IMG/VR virus record: IMGVR_UViG_3300043021_000113
From: a virus
Taxonomy: Duplodnaviria > Caudoviricetes
Direction: 5' to 3' (one strand)
Length of the DNA stretch: 64,000 nt
Part shown: one piece after another, positions 27,333-39,000 of the stretch
Layout of the letters: every line of letters starts with the position of its first letter
Position numbering within the stretch: the first letter of the stretch is position 1
Translations under genes and position numbers: made by a program
Notes under the pieces: generated by a model
Databases searched by the model: none
The model's input: only the letters and a program-made list of their open reading frames with translations
Told to the model about the DNA's origin: nothing

Positions 27333-30300
27333 AAATGTAAAAGAAAATGACTGGATCGTAACATCCTTTACGTCATCAGACAGATCCCTTGATGAGTTGA
27401 GGGATTCGGGAATGAATGCCGAAAATACCCAACTAAAAAGTGCGGATTATTACAAAAACAAAAAATTTATAAAAGAAAATTTCGCTGATGATAAAGGCAA
27501 TTTTAATGAAGCGAAATTTGATAATTTTTATTCAGCAGCTGCTGAACGATACAATCAATTTGCAGCTGGTTTTTCAGATAAAGACGAGTTTTCAAAATTT
27601 CGTCTTATAGAGCAAGAGTATAATAACGCCATGCGTTATGGTGAGTCGACAAAATTTAAACAACACAAATTCGAAGTTGAAAAAGCAAGAAATCCTTTTC
27701 AAACATTAATTGGTGTTCAAGGAGTAGGAACAATTACTGAAAGCAATTTATCAACAGCTGAAATTGCGCAACAAGGAAGAGTAATTGATTATGAAACGGG
27801 AAAAACTCTTGATTGGTCAGCTAATGATAAAGGAGGATTTCTTAAAGGCTTAATAAGAGAACCATTAGTTCTTGCACAATGGGACGAAGACGGAGAACAT
27901 GAAGAAGACGGCAGAATGGTTCAACATAAAGCAGGTCAATTTAAATTAAACGAAGATGGCGAAATATGTTATGAAACATTAGGCAACCGTGACGCTTCAA
28001 GAAAGCATTTCTTGTCTTATTTTGATACAATAACGGTTGATGGTTCTTTTGCCAATAAATTTGACTTTTTAGATGCTGACGATAAAGAACAAAGCATAAA
28101 AGGAGCAATTGCAAGAGCTGCTTTAAAATATGCACCAGTAGCATTAGGAGCAATGGCAACTGGTGGTATTCTTCCTTTAATGTCTAATATATATTTAGGA
28201 GCAACAGCTGCTATTAGTTTAGCGGAAGCTTTACCTTCGCATATGAAAGCAATTGAAGGTATATTAGACGGTAAAGACTCAGGAATTGCTGATGTAGAAA
28301 ACAAGTCTGGAATCTGGAAAGCAATGAATAGACTTCAAGCTTACACAAAACCGTTTACTTTTGGAACTTCTGAGTTTTCACAAAAAGAAATGTTCACTTG
28401 GGAAAATATAATTAAAACCATAGGTGATGTTTCAATTCAACTTGGACAACAACAGTTAGTAGCTAAAATTCCACAATATTTAGGTTTAGATAAAAAAGCT
28501 CTTAAAGGTGTAACTGATGCTAGAGAAATAGCACAGAAACGAGCTAAGTTTGGTCAATTCCAAAGAGACCTTGGTTCTTTTTATATGACTTTAACTTCAA
28601 CTGCTGATGCTTACGGAGCAGCTAAAGATTATGGACATACAGACAGAATGGCAGGTTTAATTGCACTTGGAACACTGATAGGCACTCATAAAATCGTAAA
28701 ATCAGAAATTGGACAATATCCTTTAAGAGGCATTGGTCTTGATGAAACAAGTTTAGCTATGCGTCCTTCTATTCAAAGAATAGTTAGGGAAGTTTCAGAA
28801 AAAGCAGGAGAAGGTTTCAGCAAACAGACAAATAAACAAGTAATAAAAGATATTTACAAAAGAGTTTCTGGATTAGCTGGAAAAATAATGGAGAGTCCTA
28901 ATTCTTTAGCTGCTGCAGCTGCTAATGAAGCAATCGAAGAGTTAGGAGAAGAAATGGTAGCAGATTTCTTCCAAGCATTAGGTGCTGGAGCTTCTGCTCT
29001 TGGATTAACAAAAGAAGTTAATTATCAATACGACATAGGACAAGCTACCGATAGATATTTAATGGCAATGCTTGGTGGTGCGATTGGTGGTGGAATACAT
29101 AAACTCCGTTTTCCTTGGCAACAAACACACAAAGCACTTGATAGTTACGATTTAGCAGATCTAACTTATTTTTACGATGCGGACACTGTAAAGAAAATTA
29201 TTAGAAAAACAGAAATTCCAGGAAGTAAAACTCTTTCTGCTTCTAAGATAGATCTTAAGAGTAATTCGTTTTTAGATGCAGAAAACGAAGCAGACACACA
29301 ACAAAATTTTATTCGTGAAAGGCTCTGTGATGTAGTAGATGCTTACGAACATATATACAAAAACGTTGGAATTGAAAACTTTGATTTAGAAACTCGAAAA
29401 GCTCTTTTAAATGAAAGTGACCCAGTTTTAAAATCTTTGAAAGATTTTGGTTTAGAGAATAGAGTTGGAAATGATCTTGCAGATTATAACCACAAAATAA
29501 TTTCTCTTTGGTCTAAAAAAAGCGATGAAGAAGGAAACGAAGATTTAAACGCTAAATTAGACGAACAAATAAACCAGCTTATGGCCGAAAGAACAAATAT
29601 TACAAAAGGCCTTAAAGCTGACAATTACGTTCAGCAAACGATGCTTTATCTTGATAAACCGTTTGCTGAAATATTTATGACTGTTGATAAGAAAGATTTT
29701 GCAAGAAAAATGTTTAATGTGGATTATGACACATTAGGAGAATTGGACAAAGCCCTTATGGACAGTCGTTATGCAGATTATAACGGAGAAGCAGGAGGCA
29801 AAATAAGACAATATGAGTTCGCCGTAAAAATGATGGAAGAAGCGAACAAAAAGCTTGGAAAATACGCAGAGAAATACCCTAATTATAAGCCAATAAAAGA
29901 TAAAGTAAAAGAGGTTTTCAAAACAGAACTTGAAAATATGTATGGAAACCTTGAAACTTTAAATAATGGTCAACAACAAATAACATTTGGTCAAGTTGAT
30001 TTGATAGATGCTAACGGAGAACAAAACTTAACTGTAAGAAATGATATATTAACAAATAATGAAGGCATCTTTCAATTTTTAAACTTAGACATGCAAAATT
30101 TGGAGAATTCAAAATTAAAAATTCTTCAAACACTAAACGATCTCTCACAAGGAGGATTACCTATAGATGGAGAAATAATGGCAGAAATTAAACCTGTTTT
30201 GAATTTATATAGAGATAATCAATTAAAAAGGGTTAAATCTTTAAACTCTCCATTTTTAACATTAACAATGGATCCATCTTTTAAACCAATTCAAAGTTTA

Positions 30301-33300
30301 ACTGATCAAGGAATAAGAGATGCAGAAAAAGCCATTAAAGAATATACGGATAATTTATCAGGAGATGAAGATTTCATAACTGATCCAGAAGGTGTTTTTT
30401 CTACTTTACCAGTTGATGCGACAACTAAAGAGATTCAAAAGGCAGTTTATGATTATATGGTAAATTATCTTAATAAGATAACTGATCTTGACAAATCAAA
30501 TGCAAATTTTATTGAGAATTTACAGGTTGCAATTGAGAGTTCAGTTAAAAATCCAATTTATGAATATTTGGAAGATATAACAGGTCTTACCAATTCAAAC
30601 AATAATGGAATAATTGAGCTTTTAGCAGAAGAAAGCATAAAAGCTAAAGAATCAAAGCTTGATGATTATTTCTTAAACGATCCTGAAAAATACGATGCTA
30701 TAAAAAAGGATATTAAAATAGCAAGTGCACTTCTTGATAGCTTACAAGACAACGGGCGTGGATATTATCCAGTTTTAAATAAATTTAGAGAAAAATTCAA
30801 AACTGGTGATATAGTAAATCTTATTGAAGCAAACAATGCTCAAAGCATGAAACGAAATTTAAACGAACTTGAACAAAAAATAGATTTTTTCTATGGATTA
30901 AGTTTATATAATCAAGGAGACAGATTTAGAGAACAGAAAAATATTAAATTAAAATTCTTTGAATTATTCACTGGAGAATTAGACCCAGACGAAAATTCTT
31001 TAAGCATTTTGTCTAAAGCAAGAATATTTAAAGGTGTTGATCTATTAGATGGAGTGCCTCAACTCCACGAACAATTAGCCAATATAAACCAACAAATAAA
31101 AGTTGCTAAAGAAAGCGGACAATCAACAGATCAATTATCAATTAAGCAAGAAGCTTTATTAACTGAAATTGAGTCTTTGATTTACAATAATTTTACGAAA
31201 TTATCGGAAGAAGACAGGATAAGATATCTTGAATTTATATTAGACGAGAAAAACGGTATTATAAATCTTGATGAAGTAGCAAATCTTAGAACTTCCGATT
31301 TATCGTCTCGTGATGATAACACGTTAACAAACTATGATAAAGTCGTTTATTTAATAAGTGTTCTTTCGGCAGATGCAAAAGACTTTAAATTTTATTTAAG
31401 AGAAGCCTTAAATGAAAAAGACGGTGAAGGTAATTTAACTTATAATTACTCTCCAACTTTTGCTCAAGAATACCCAATTAAAATAGCTTATGCTGGAATA
31501 AAGAATAATTCTTTATTTAATAAATTTGTTGATGTTTTACAAAGTAAAAACACTTCTGCTAATACAGCCAGAAGTACAATTTTTATAGAAGGTTACCATG
31601 GGGTGGGTAAAACTTCCGCAACAGCTAATTTGTTAAATAAAATTATAAAATTAGATACTGGAAGCGATGTATTAGCTACTAGTATAAAAGAACGTCAATC
31701 AAGAAATATTGCCAATTCTCTTGGATTAACTGATTTTAAAACTAAAGATCAATTATGGAGTTTGATTTTTGGTGATACAAAAGTTGATGATTTAGTAAAT
31801 AAAGATGGAAGCATTAAAACAAGTGAGATTGATAAATTCGTTAATGATGAATTAGCAAACGTTGTTTTTATTGATGAAGTAACTTGGTACGATTCTCAAG
31901 AACTTTCCGTTTTGTCTAAATGGATTGAAAATACAGGAAGAAATTTAGTTGTTCTTGGTGATAGCTTACAAGAAGGAGCACCTAAAAATATTTCTGCAAT
32001 GAATGTTATTAAATCTCCAATTATTGAATATTCGATGCGTTCTGGATCGTTAGTTCAAAAGCACAATGCAGACACTGTTCGTGCTTTATCAAAAACTATG
32101 CATTATTTACAGGTTGGAGATGTAAGTTCGCAAATTAGAAATATTCTTGCAGAAGCTAAAAAATGGAATCAAGACATAGTTCTTAAAAATATACAAACAG
32201 AGAATTTGTTTAGGGGTTGTAAAATGGGTCAAACAGCCGATGATGTAAAAGCTTTTATTGATTTTTTAAAGAAAAATGGAACAGATATGAAATCTGTTGC
32301 TATTATATATGATGAAGAAAGCGATTATTTATTCGACCAAATAAAAGATTACAATCCGGATATTATAAAAATAAAACGTGATGAAGTTCAAGGTTCGGAA
32401 TTTGATTATGTAATTTGTACTAGTGACATAAAAAATCCAAGTACAGATTTAAGAGCTGATAATGGTTTAACTTCTGCACGTGAGTTTTTATCTTATACTA
32501 AGAAAATAAATACTCTTTTAAGTAGAGCTAAATTTGGAACGATATTTACAGGTAAAAATGATTTTACAGTTCAACAAGTAGAACGTGACACTAACCTTGT
32601 ATTTGATAAAGACAAATCCCAAGAATTCCGAGATGTTAGAATAAAAGCTCTTGATGAATCTTTAGGTGAATATAAACCAGAAAAAGCAGAAGTTAAAACT
32701 GAAGAAACAACAACTGAAGATAGAAAAGGAGAAGGCAAAGAAAGACTGCCTAATAAAACAGAACTTGAAGTTTCAAATGAATTGGGAGAAACTAAAGGAG
32801 TAACTCTTGATCAACCAATAGAAGCTCAAGAAAGGGGAGCTTGCACTTTTAACAAGAAAGCGCATGGTTACACTCAATTTTCAAACTTTGGTTTTAAGCA
32901 TAACATAACTTATGATGAAAACGGACAGCTTGTTTTAAATATTACCAAACAGCCGTCAAAATCTCAAATAAACAAGAAATTTTATCTTGACTTATCAAAT
33001 TATCTTGATAAAACAGTTTATACAGGAAACGAAGCAGAAACAATGCGTCTTAAAATGAAAGATTATGAAGCTAAAAGAAAATTTATAATCGATCAAATGA
33101 TAAACTCAGATATGAAACAATCTGAACTTGACGCGTTTTTAAAAGAACAAATAAAAGAAATTAAAGATTTAAAATTAGGAGATAGTTTTGACGGTGTTTA
33201 TGATGGCGTAGAAGTTCTTTTAACTGACAAAACAGATGCTGATTTAAATTGTGAAGCAGGAAGTCAAGATACAGTAAAAGTTGGTGATAAAATGATAAGG

Positions 33301-36015
33301 ATTGCAATTAAACTTAAAAATGGCAATTTTAATCCATCAACTGGTAAAACAGTAGAAACTAAACCAACTTATATAGTATTAGCAACAGTTAATCAAGAAG
33401 AGTTCAAAAATCAAAATTCAACAATGTTTGCTTCAATGGAACAAGATTTAAAGAAAAATGGTTTTGCAACTCGTAAGGTTTCAGCTGATGCTTTCAGACC
33501 AGCAGGTATTCATACTTACATAATGCCAAAAACAGGAGCTAGGGTTTCTTTAAGAGAATATATGGATTCTCCAGAATATAAGGTTATATCTAAACCTTAT
33601 ATTTTTACAGGAAAAGATGACCATTTAAAATCAATTACTGAATCTGGATCTTTTGCTGAAATAAGAGAAAAACTAGAAGCTTACCAAGGCTTAAATGGTC
33701 GTCCAGTTGTTTTTATTTCTAAGAGAGCAAAAGGAAATGAAGCTTCGGAAATGGACATTGACAAAATGGCTCTTGACTTTATAAATGACAGAATAGATAA
33801 TAAAACCAACACTGAGGTTAACATGGTTGTTCTTCAACCTAATTCTTACAAGAAATTTTCTGATTTTAGGAATGCTTATATGAAAGAAATTGTAAGTATT
33901 CGTGCTTTTGATAATAAAGCAGAAAAAGCAAAACGTCTTGACTCTTTCGCTAGTAAGTACATGGGACTTTCTATTCTTGAAGAAATTTACGCTTTTAAAG
34001 CAGCAATGGATCAATTCGGAGCTAAGACTTTAAGATATGCTAAGAAAGAATCTATGAGTTGGGAACAAAAAGTCAAAACTCTTAAAGATACATTAAATAA
34101 TGCTGGAATAAATGTTACAGAAGCAGAGGCTAAACAATTAATGTTTGATTATAACACAATTGATGATATATGTTCTTTTATGTCTAAAATTTATTTCTTA
34201 GATTATAAGAACATAAATGGCAATTATGTTGTTACTTATAAGGGAGAAGATAGAACAGCGGAAATGGTAATTAACGGAGAGTTAGACAAAAACAAAAAAG
34301 AAAGAAGCGTTTTATATGATAAATATTATTCGGCGGAAAACTGTTATGGTTTCGATTTTGTTTCGATTTTATCTACTCTTTGTTCAATTGCTAGACCATC
34401 AAAAGCTGACCATGCAAACCAACAATGCTTCGAATCTTACGTAGCAGCTATTAAAAAGAGAATTGATGAAACAGGAGAAACTATAATTAAAGAAAATTTC
34501 TTTGATGAAGCAAAGAATTTGCAATATTGGTTACCAGCACTTGATAGGGTTTTATCAACTGATAATAAAGTAAGAACAAGTAGATTTTATGGAGAAGGAA
34601 AAGGTTTTCAATATAGACCAACCTTTAAAGGTAAAGGTAATTCGGACACAAATTATGTTGAATTTGCGGATGAAAACGGAGGTTTAATTTATGATAATTT
34701 ATACATAAACGATGCTATCGTATGTTCTCAAAGATTCCATTTAGACTTAGAAAATGGAGTTTTAACTGATGTTCAATATGCAGAGAAAAAAGCAAATGAA
34801 AATAAAATTCTTGAACAAAAGAAAGAACAATTAAGAAATAGTATTTTATTACAATTGCCTTTATTATCTGAAGCAGACAATAAAAATATTGAAAATTCTT
34901 TTCAAACTAAACCTTACGAAGAGTTTGTAAAGGATGTTGAAAAAATAATCAAAAATTCTGCTAATATTAAAAACGATCTTTCAATATATAAAGCAGAAGT
35001 TAAAAATGGAACATTAGTTATTGAATCAATGGTTCAACATTTAACAAATACAGGTTTAATTGATCCGCAAATTAACTTTGCAAACAAAAAAGTTGTTTAT
35101 AAAGACTCGGAAGGTAACGAATATTCGGCAGATTTAAATTCTAATGGTAAAATATCAAACGCTGTTATTACTAAGCCAAAAGACACAGAAGAAAAGAAAC
35201 CAGTTGTTGATGAGAAAAAAGAAGTAGATTTTGATAATAAAGAAGCTTTAAATATATTTAACAATGTTTATAAAACATCTGATTTTGAAGAAGTAATATA
35301 CAATAGAATTGATGATTTATATTTAAATTCTGAATATAACATCGAACAATTAACAGATGATTTGTTAAAACAAACAAAAATTGATCTTAGAGATGAGATA
35401 ATTTCTGAAATGAGAGAAGAAATAAACCGTAAAGGATTAAGTCAAGATTTAATAAACAGTGATGTTATAAATAAAATTGATGAATTTATTAATAATTCTG
35501 TTGATGATTTATTAAATAATTTTAAATCTGAAAAAGCAAGACATAAACGACTTGGAGACGAAACAGAACAACACATTTTAAATAAATATTCTGGCTTTAT
35601 AAATGCAGCTATTGATCAAGCTTTAGGTGATGCAACATTAGATGAAAATTTCCTAAAAAACATTGATAAAATAACTGAAACAATAACTAATGAAATATTA
35701 GAAACTAAATTTTCTGCGGAAGATTCAAGAACATTAGGAAAAGTTATAACTGATGAAATGATCGCAATTTCTAAAAATTATCAAGACGACACATATGTTC
35801 TCGATGAAGCAATATATGATAGCGTTTATGCATTTATACATACCAACCTTGAAAACAAAACAGAAAGAGGCAAGATGTATCAAAATATTTTAGTAAATTT
35901 GCAAAATGCAAAGACATTTAACGATGTTAAATCGCTTTATGAAGAAGCATTAAGAATCGGAAAAGAAAATGACTTTGAAATTGAAGTTGAAAATAAATTA
36001 AAAGAATTATGTTGA
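27325..36015 (+). CDS. Giant ejection-type protein with hydrophobic segments and an SF1 helicase-like P-loop domain
   Basis: 2896 aa; Walker A GYHGVGKT (31591), Walker B VVFIDE (31861), LGDSLQ, VQGSEFDYV, TLLSRAK; N-terminal hydrophobic Gly/Ala helices. Confidence 0.75.
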   Translation: MSENVKENDWIVTSFTSSDRSLDELRDSGMNAENTQLKSADYYKNKKFIKENFADDKGNFNEAKFDNFYSAAAERYNQFAAGFSDKDEFSKFRLIEQEYNNAMRYGESTKFKQHKFEVEKARNPFQTLIGVQGVGTITESNLSTAEIAQQGRVIDYETGKTLDWSANDKGGFLKGLIREPLVLAQWDEDGEHEEDGRMVQHKAGQFKLNEDGEICYETLGNRDASRKHFLSYFDTITVDGSFANKFDFLDADDKEQSIKGAIARAALKYAPVALGAMATGGILPLMSNIYLGATAAISLAEALPSHMKAIEGILDGKDSGIADVENKSGIWKAMNRLQAYTKPFTFGTSEFSQKEMFTWENIIKTIGDVSIQLGQQQLVAKIPQYLGLDKKALKGVTDAREIAQKRAKFGQFQRDLGSFYMTLTSTADAYGAAKDYGHTDRMAGLIALGTLIGTHKIVKSEIGQYPLRGIGLDETSLAMRPSIQRIVREVSEKAGEGFSKQTNKQVIKDIYKRVSGLAGKIMESPNSLAAAAANEAIEELGEEMVADFFQALGAGASALGLTKEVNYQYDIGQATDRYLMAMLGGAIGGGIHKLRFPWQQTHKALDSYDLADLTYFYDADTVKKIIRKTEIPGSKTLSASKIDLKSNSFLDAENEADTQQNFIRERLCDVVDAYEHIYKNVGIENFDLETRKALLNESDPVLKSLKDFGLENRVGNDLADYNHKIISLWSKKSDEEGNEDLNAKLDEQINQLMAERTNITKGLKADNYVQQTMLYLDKPFAEIFMTVDKKDFARKMFNVDYDTLGELDKALMDSRYADYNGEAGGKIRQYEFAVKMMEEANKKLGKYAEKYPNYKPIKDKVKEVFKTELENMYGNLETLNNGQQQITFGQVDLIDANGEQNLTVRNDILTNNEGIFQFLNLDMQNLENSKLKILQTLNDLSQGGLPIDGEIMAEIKPVLNLYRDNQLKRVKSLNSPFLTLTMDPSFKPIQSLTDQGIRDAEKAIKEYTDNLSGDEDFITDPEGVFSTLPVDATTKEIQKAVYDYMVNYLNKITDLDKSNANFIENLQVAIESSVKNPIYEYLEDITGLTNSNNNGIIELLAEESIKAKESKLDDYFLNDPEKYDAIKKDIKIASALLDSLQDNGRGYYPVLNKFREKFKTGDIVNLIEANNAQSMKRNLNELEQKIDFFYGLSLYNQGDRFREQKNIKLKFFELFTGELDPDENSLSILSKARIFKGVDLLDGVPQLHEQLANINQQIKVAKESGQSTDQLSIKQEALLTEIESLIYNNFTKLSEEDRIRYLEFILDEKNGIINLDEVANLRTSDLSSRDDNTLTNYDKVVYLISVLSADAKDFKFYLREALNEKDGEGNLTYNYSPTFAQEYPIKIAYAGIKNNSLFNKFVDVLQSKNTSANTARSTIFIEGYHGVGKTSATANLLNKIIKLDTGSDVLATSIKERQSRNIANSLGLTDFKTKDQLWSLIFGDTKVDDLVNKDGSIKTSEIDKFVNDELANVVFIDEVTWYDSQELSVLSKWIENTGRNLVVLGDSLQEGAPKNISAMNVIKSPIIEYSMRSGSLVQKHNADTVRALSKTMHYLQVGDVSSQIRNILAEAKKWNQDIVLKNIQTENLFRGCKMGQTADDVKAFIDFLKKNGTDMKSVAIIYDEESDYLFDQIKDYNPDIIKIKRDEVQGSEFDYVICTSDIKNPSTDLRADNGLTSAREFLSYTKKINTLLSRAKFGTIFTGKNDFTVQQVERDTNLVFDKDKSQEFRDVRIKALDESLGEYKPEKAEVKTEETTTEDRKGEGKERLPNKTELEVSNELGETKGVTLDQPIEAQERGACTFNKKAHGYTQFSNFGFKHNITYDENGQLVLNITKQPSKSQINKKFYLDLSNYLDKTVYTGNEAETMRLKMKDYEAKRKFIIDQMINSDMKQSELDAFLKEQIKEIKDLKLGDSFDGVYDGVEVLLTDKTDADLNCEAGSQDTVKVGDKMIRIAIKLKNGNFNPSTGKTVETKPTYIVLATVNQEEFKNQNSTMFASMEQDLKKNGFATRKVSADAFRPAGIHTYIMPKTGARVSLREYMDSPEYKVISKPYIFTGKDDHLKSITESGSFAEIREKLEAYQGLNGRPVVFISKRAKGNEASEMDIDKMALDFINDRIDNKTNTEVNMVVLQPNSYKKFSDFRNAYMKEIVSIRAFDNKAEKAKRLDSFASKYMGLSILEEIYAFKAAMDQFGAKTLRYAKKESMSWEQKVKTLKDTLNNAGINVTEAEAKQLMFDYNTIDDICSFMSKIYFLDYKNINGNYVVTYKGEDRTAEMVINGELDKNKKERSVLYDKYYSAENCYGFDFVSILSTLCSIARPSKADHANQQCFESYVAAIKKRIDETGETIIKENFFDEAKNLQYWLPALDRVLSTDNKVRTSRFYGEGKGFQYRPTFKGKGNSDTNYVEFADENGGLIYDNLYINDAIVCSQRFHLDLENGVLTDVQYAEKKANENKILEQKKEQLRNSILLQLPLLSEADNKNIENSFQTKPYEEFVKDVEKIIKNSANIKNDLSIYKAEVKNGTLVIESMVQHLTNTGLIDPQINFANKKVVYKDSEGNEYSADLNSNGKISNAVITKPKDTEEKKPVVDEKKEVDFDNKEALNIFNNVYKTSDFEEVIYNRIDDLYLNSEYNIEQLTDDLLKQTKIDLRDEIISEMREEINRKGLSQDLINSDVINKIDEFINNSVDDLLNNFKSEKARHKRLGDETEQHILNKYSGFINAAIDQALGDATLDENFLKNIDKITETITNEILETKFSAEDSRTLGKVITDEMIAISKNYQDDTYVLDEAIYDSVYAFIHTNLENKTERGKMYQNILVNLQNAKTFNDVKSLYEEALRIGKENDFEIEVENKLKELC

Positions 36016-36016
36016 T

Positions 36017-39000
36017 ATGATTTGCGAAGGATTAAACCCTTTTATGGCTTTACGTTTAGATAAGTTCGTAAAAGAAAATAATTTACAAGACAAACCAAGT
36101 AGAGAGATTTTCCAATCTCTCTCTGGTTTTATAAAAACACAATTTGGTTATGACGTAGATTTAAGCAACGATTTTTCGGAGCTTAACAGTCTAGTTGGAA
36201 ATATAATGAATTTGTCTGAATTAATAGAAACAGAAGATAAAACAGACGAAGAAGACGATTTCGTAATAACTGATGAAAAATTAAAAGATGAAGGAATAGA
36301 AGGTGACGCTATAGAAGGCACAAAAAATGAAGATTCCGAAGAATTAAACAAAAAGAAAACTCTTATTATTAAACCAGCACGCGTAGTGACAGTGTCAATA
36401 AATGATGATATAGAAACGCCACAAGATATTTTAAGAGTTTATTTTGGCGATAATACGACTCAGTATAATATTTTTAAAAATGGTTTTATAAGAGATATTA
36501 TCCAGCGTTCAATAATTAATTTTAAAACTGGAAACGAAGGTGTGATAAAGTCAAGTGATGACATACAAAGCAACATTGAACGTTATTATGGAGAAAATAT
36601 AAAAATACTTACTGATACTTTAGGGATAACTTATAGTGAAAGAAGAGATCTTATCCCTTATTTATTAGGAAACACAGATCTTGCCAATTCTTCGAATTAC
36701 GAAGTTAGAGGAGCTTATATTAAAGTAAAATATTTTAATAAGCTTATTTCTTCCATTTATAGGGATTATCTCCCAATTTCGGAAAAAAACGGTAATTATG
36801 AGCTTTTAAGAAAACATAAACAAAAAAACAATTATTCTGATTCTTTGGTAAATTTGTTTGATGAAGTCCCAAAAATTGTTAATTCAGTAATTAATAGTAT
36901 AAACATAATTGATCGTAACGGAAAGTTAATTGATACAAAATACATGAATACCGTTACCGCTTCAATGACAATGACTAATATTAAGGAAGCGGACATTTTA
37001 AAAACAAATTCAAGAGAAGATATAGAAGAAACAATGCGAGAATCAATGGTTGCTATATTAACAAGTGACCATTTAAGAGGTAAATTTGTAAGCGATCTTG
37101 ACAATATAGTTACACTTTACAATTATTTTTTTAAGCTTGACAATGACACTATAGATCTTAAATATAAAAACCCAGAAGTTACCTCTCTATTACAAATTAA
37201 ACTTAGAGATTATCAAGGTTCAAATATTCAAGACAACATAATTCATAACGCATTTAATGCTTTAGTTAACAAATCAGTTAGTCAATCATACGTTAGCTTA
37301 GAAAAAAACATTGAAGGATTATATGACCGAATAGAAATAAAAGCGAGAATAGTTGATAATTACATGTTTCAATTGAAAAAATCACTTGACGGTTACATTT
37401 TCAATGCTAATTTTGACAATGAATATCAAGCTAAAGTTGGAGATTATAATTTTTCGGTTGATGGTCCAAATGGTAATATAAGAGTAAATAGTGGACACGT
37501 TACACCATCAAAAGCCATGTTTTCTAAAGCAGAATTCCCAACTGGTGAATGGTGGAATAATCCAGAAGCGTTACCATCTAATCAACGCATGGTTTATGAA
37601 ATGTTAAAAGTTGTTAAAGATCTAACACAAATCGACACTATAGGTTATGAAGGAGAAATTTTCAAAAACCTTAGAATAACTGATCTTAGCGAATTTTTAT
37701 ATTCGGCTTTTGAAGTGGCAAGCGCAACATCTATGTATACCAAAAAGCAAAAGGCTTTAAATGACATGGACGAAATAAACAAAAATAAAATTCTAAACAA
37801 CGAAGCTGTAAGAAAAGTTACTTCTGGTTATAAATACGTTCCATTTTCTAAAGGATCTTTGGATAAAAAATACATGCCGTTTATTTCTAAGTTATCTGAC
37901 GCTCAAATGATAGCAAACGGAGAACAATTCAAATCTATTTCTAGAGATTTAGCGGGAAATGGACAACCGAATTCTTCTATTATTAATTTAATAGGTGATA
38001 TTCAAAATGCCATTAAAGATGCATCAAAAACTAATAATAGAAATTTAATAGCAGAAAATCAACAACTCATAAAATCTGTTACTTATAGAGCAGATGTTAT
38101 GGATGAAAACGGAAAAGTAAAATCTCACAAGAAATTTAACGCTGGAGAAATTACTTATCAAGCTATATTTCATGATTTTATAATGAATCTTAAAAATGGC
38201 TTCGTTGAAATGGAGCCTACCGTTTATGCTGATAAATTCGGTCAAGCAATGTTAAGAATTGACATAAATTCTGACTTAAGAGTTAATGGTATAAATAGAG
38301 GTTCAATTAAAAAGCTTTTAGCTGATCCACACGCAATGTCTCAAATATATTTTGAAACAATGCAAGCTCAATATAAAGCAATTTATGATAGGCTAATAAA
38401 TGACTATTCAATAATAATGGAGCGTCCAGTTAATAGCTTACAGGCTATCGATCAATTTTTAGCTGGACTTGATGTAAGCCTTTATGATTACGTAAAGAAT
38501 AAAAACATAAATATTGATATTCAATCTTTATTCCATTTTCAAGGGAGACCTGGAAATCAAAGCTTAAATAGACTTATTCTTCAAAAAATGGTTGAATATG
38601 GAGTTATTGGTGAAAGAGACAATAAAGCGTTTTTATCTAAAATGAAAAGAGAAGATAAAAAGTTTGCTTATATGTTCGACAAATACGCTCCAAAAATAAC
38701 CGTTGTTGATGAAGTAGGAGAAATTACAGCTGAGTTTAACGCTATAGTTGACAATTATTTTGAAGCTGTTTTTGGAGAAAAAAGCAAGAAAAAACTTACT
38801 GAAGAATATTTGAACGATTGGATAAATGAAGCTGGACAATTAGTACCTTATAAATTAAAAGCAGGGAATAATAAAGCTCTTGATAGAGAAATAAATTATT
38901 ATGATATATTCAAAGAAGGAACAACTGTTGAGCTTAACCCTTTATTTAGAGCTGTTCAAGATACACATAGGCTAGTAATAAATAACTTTAATCAATTAAT

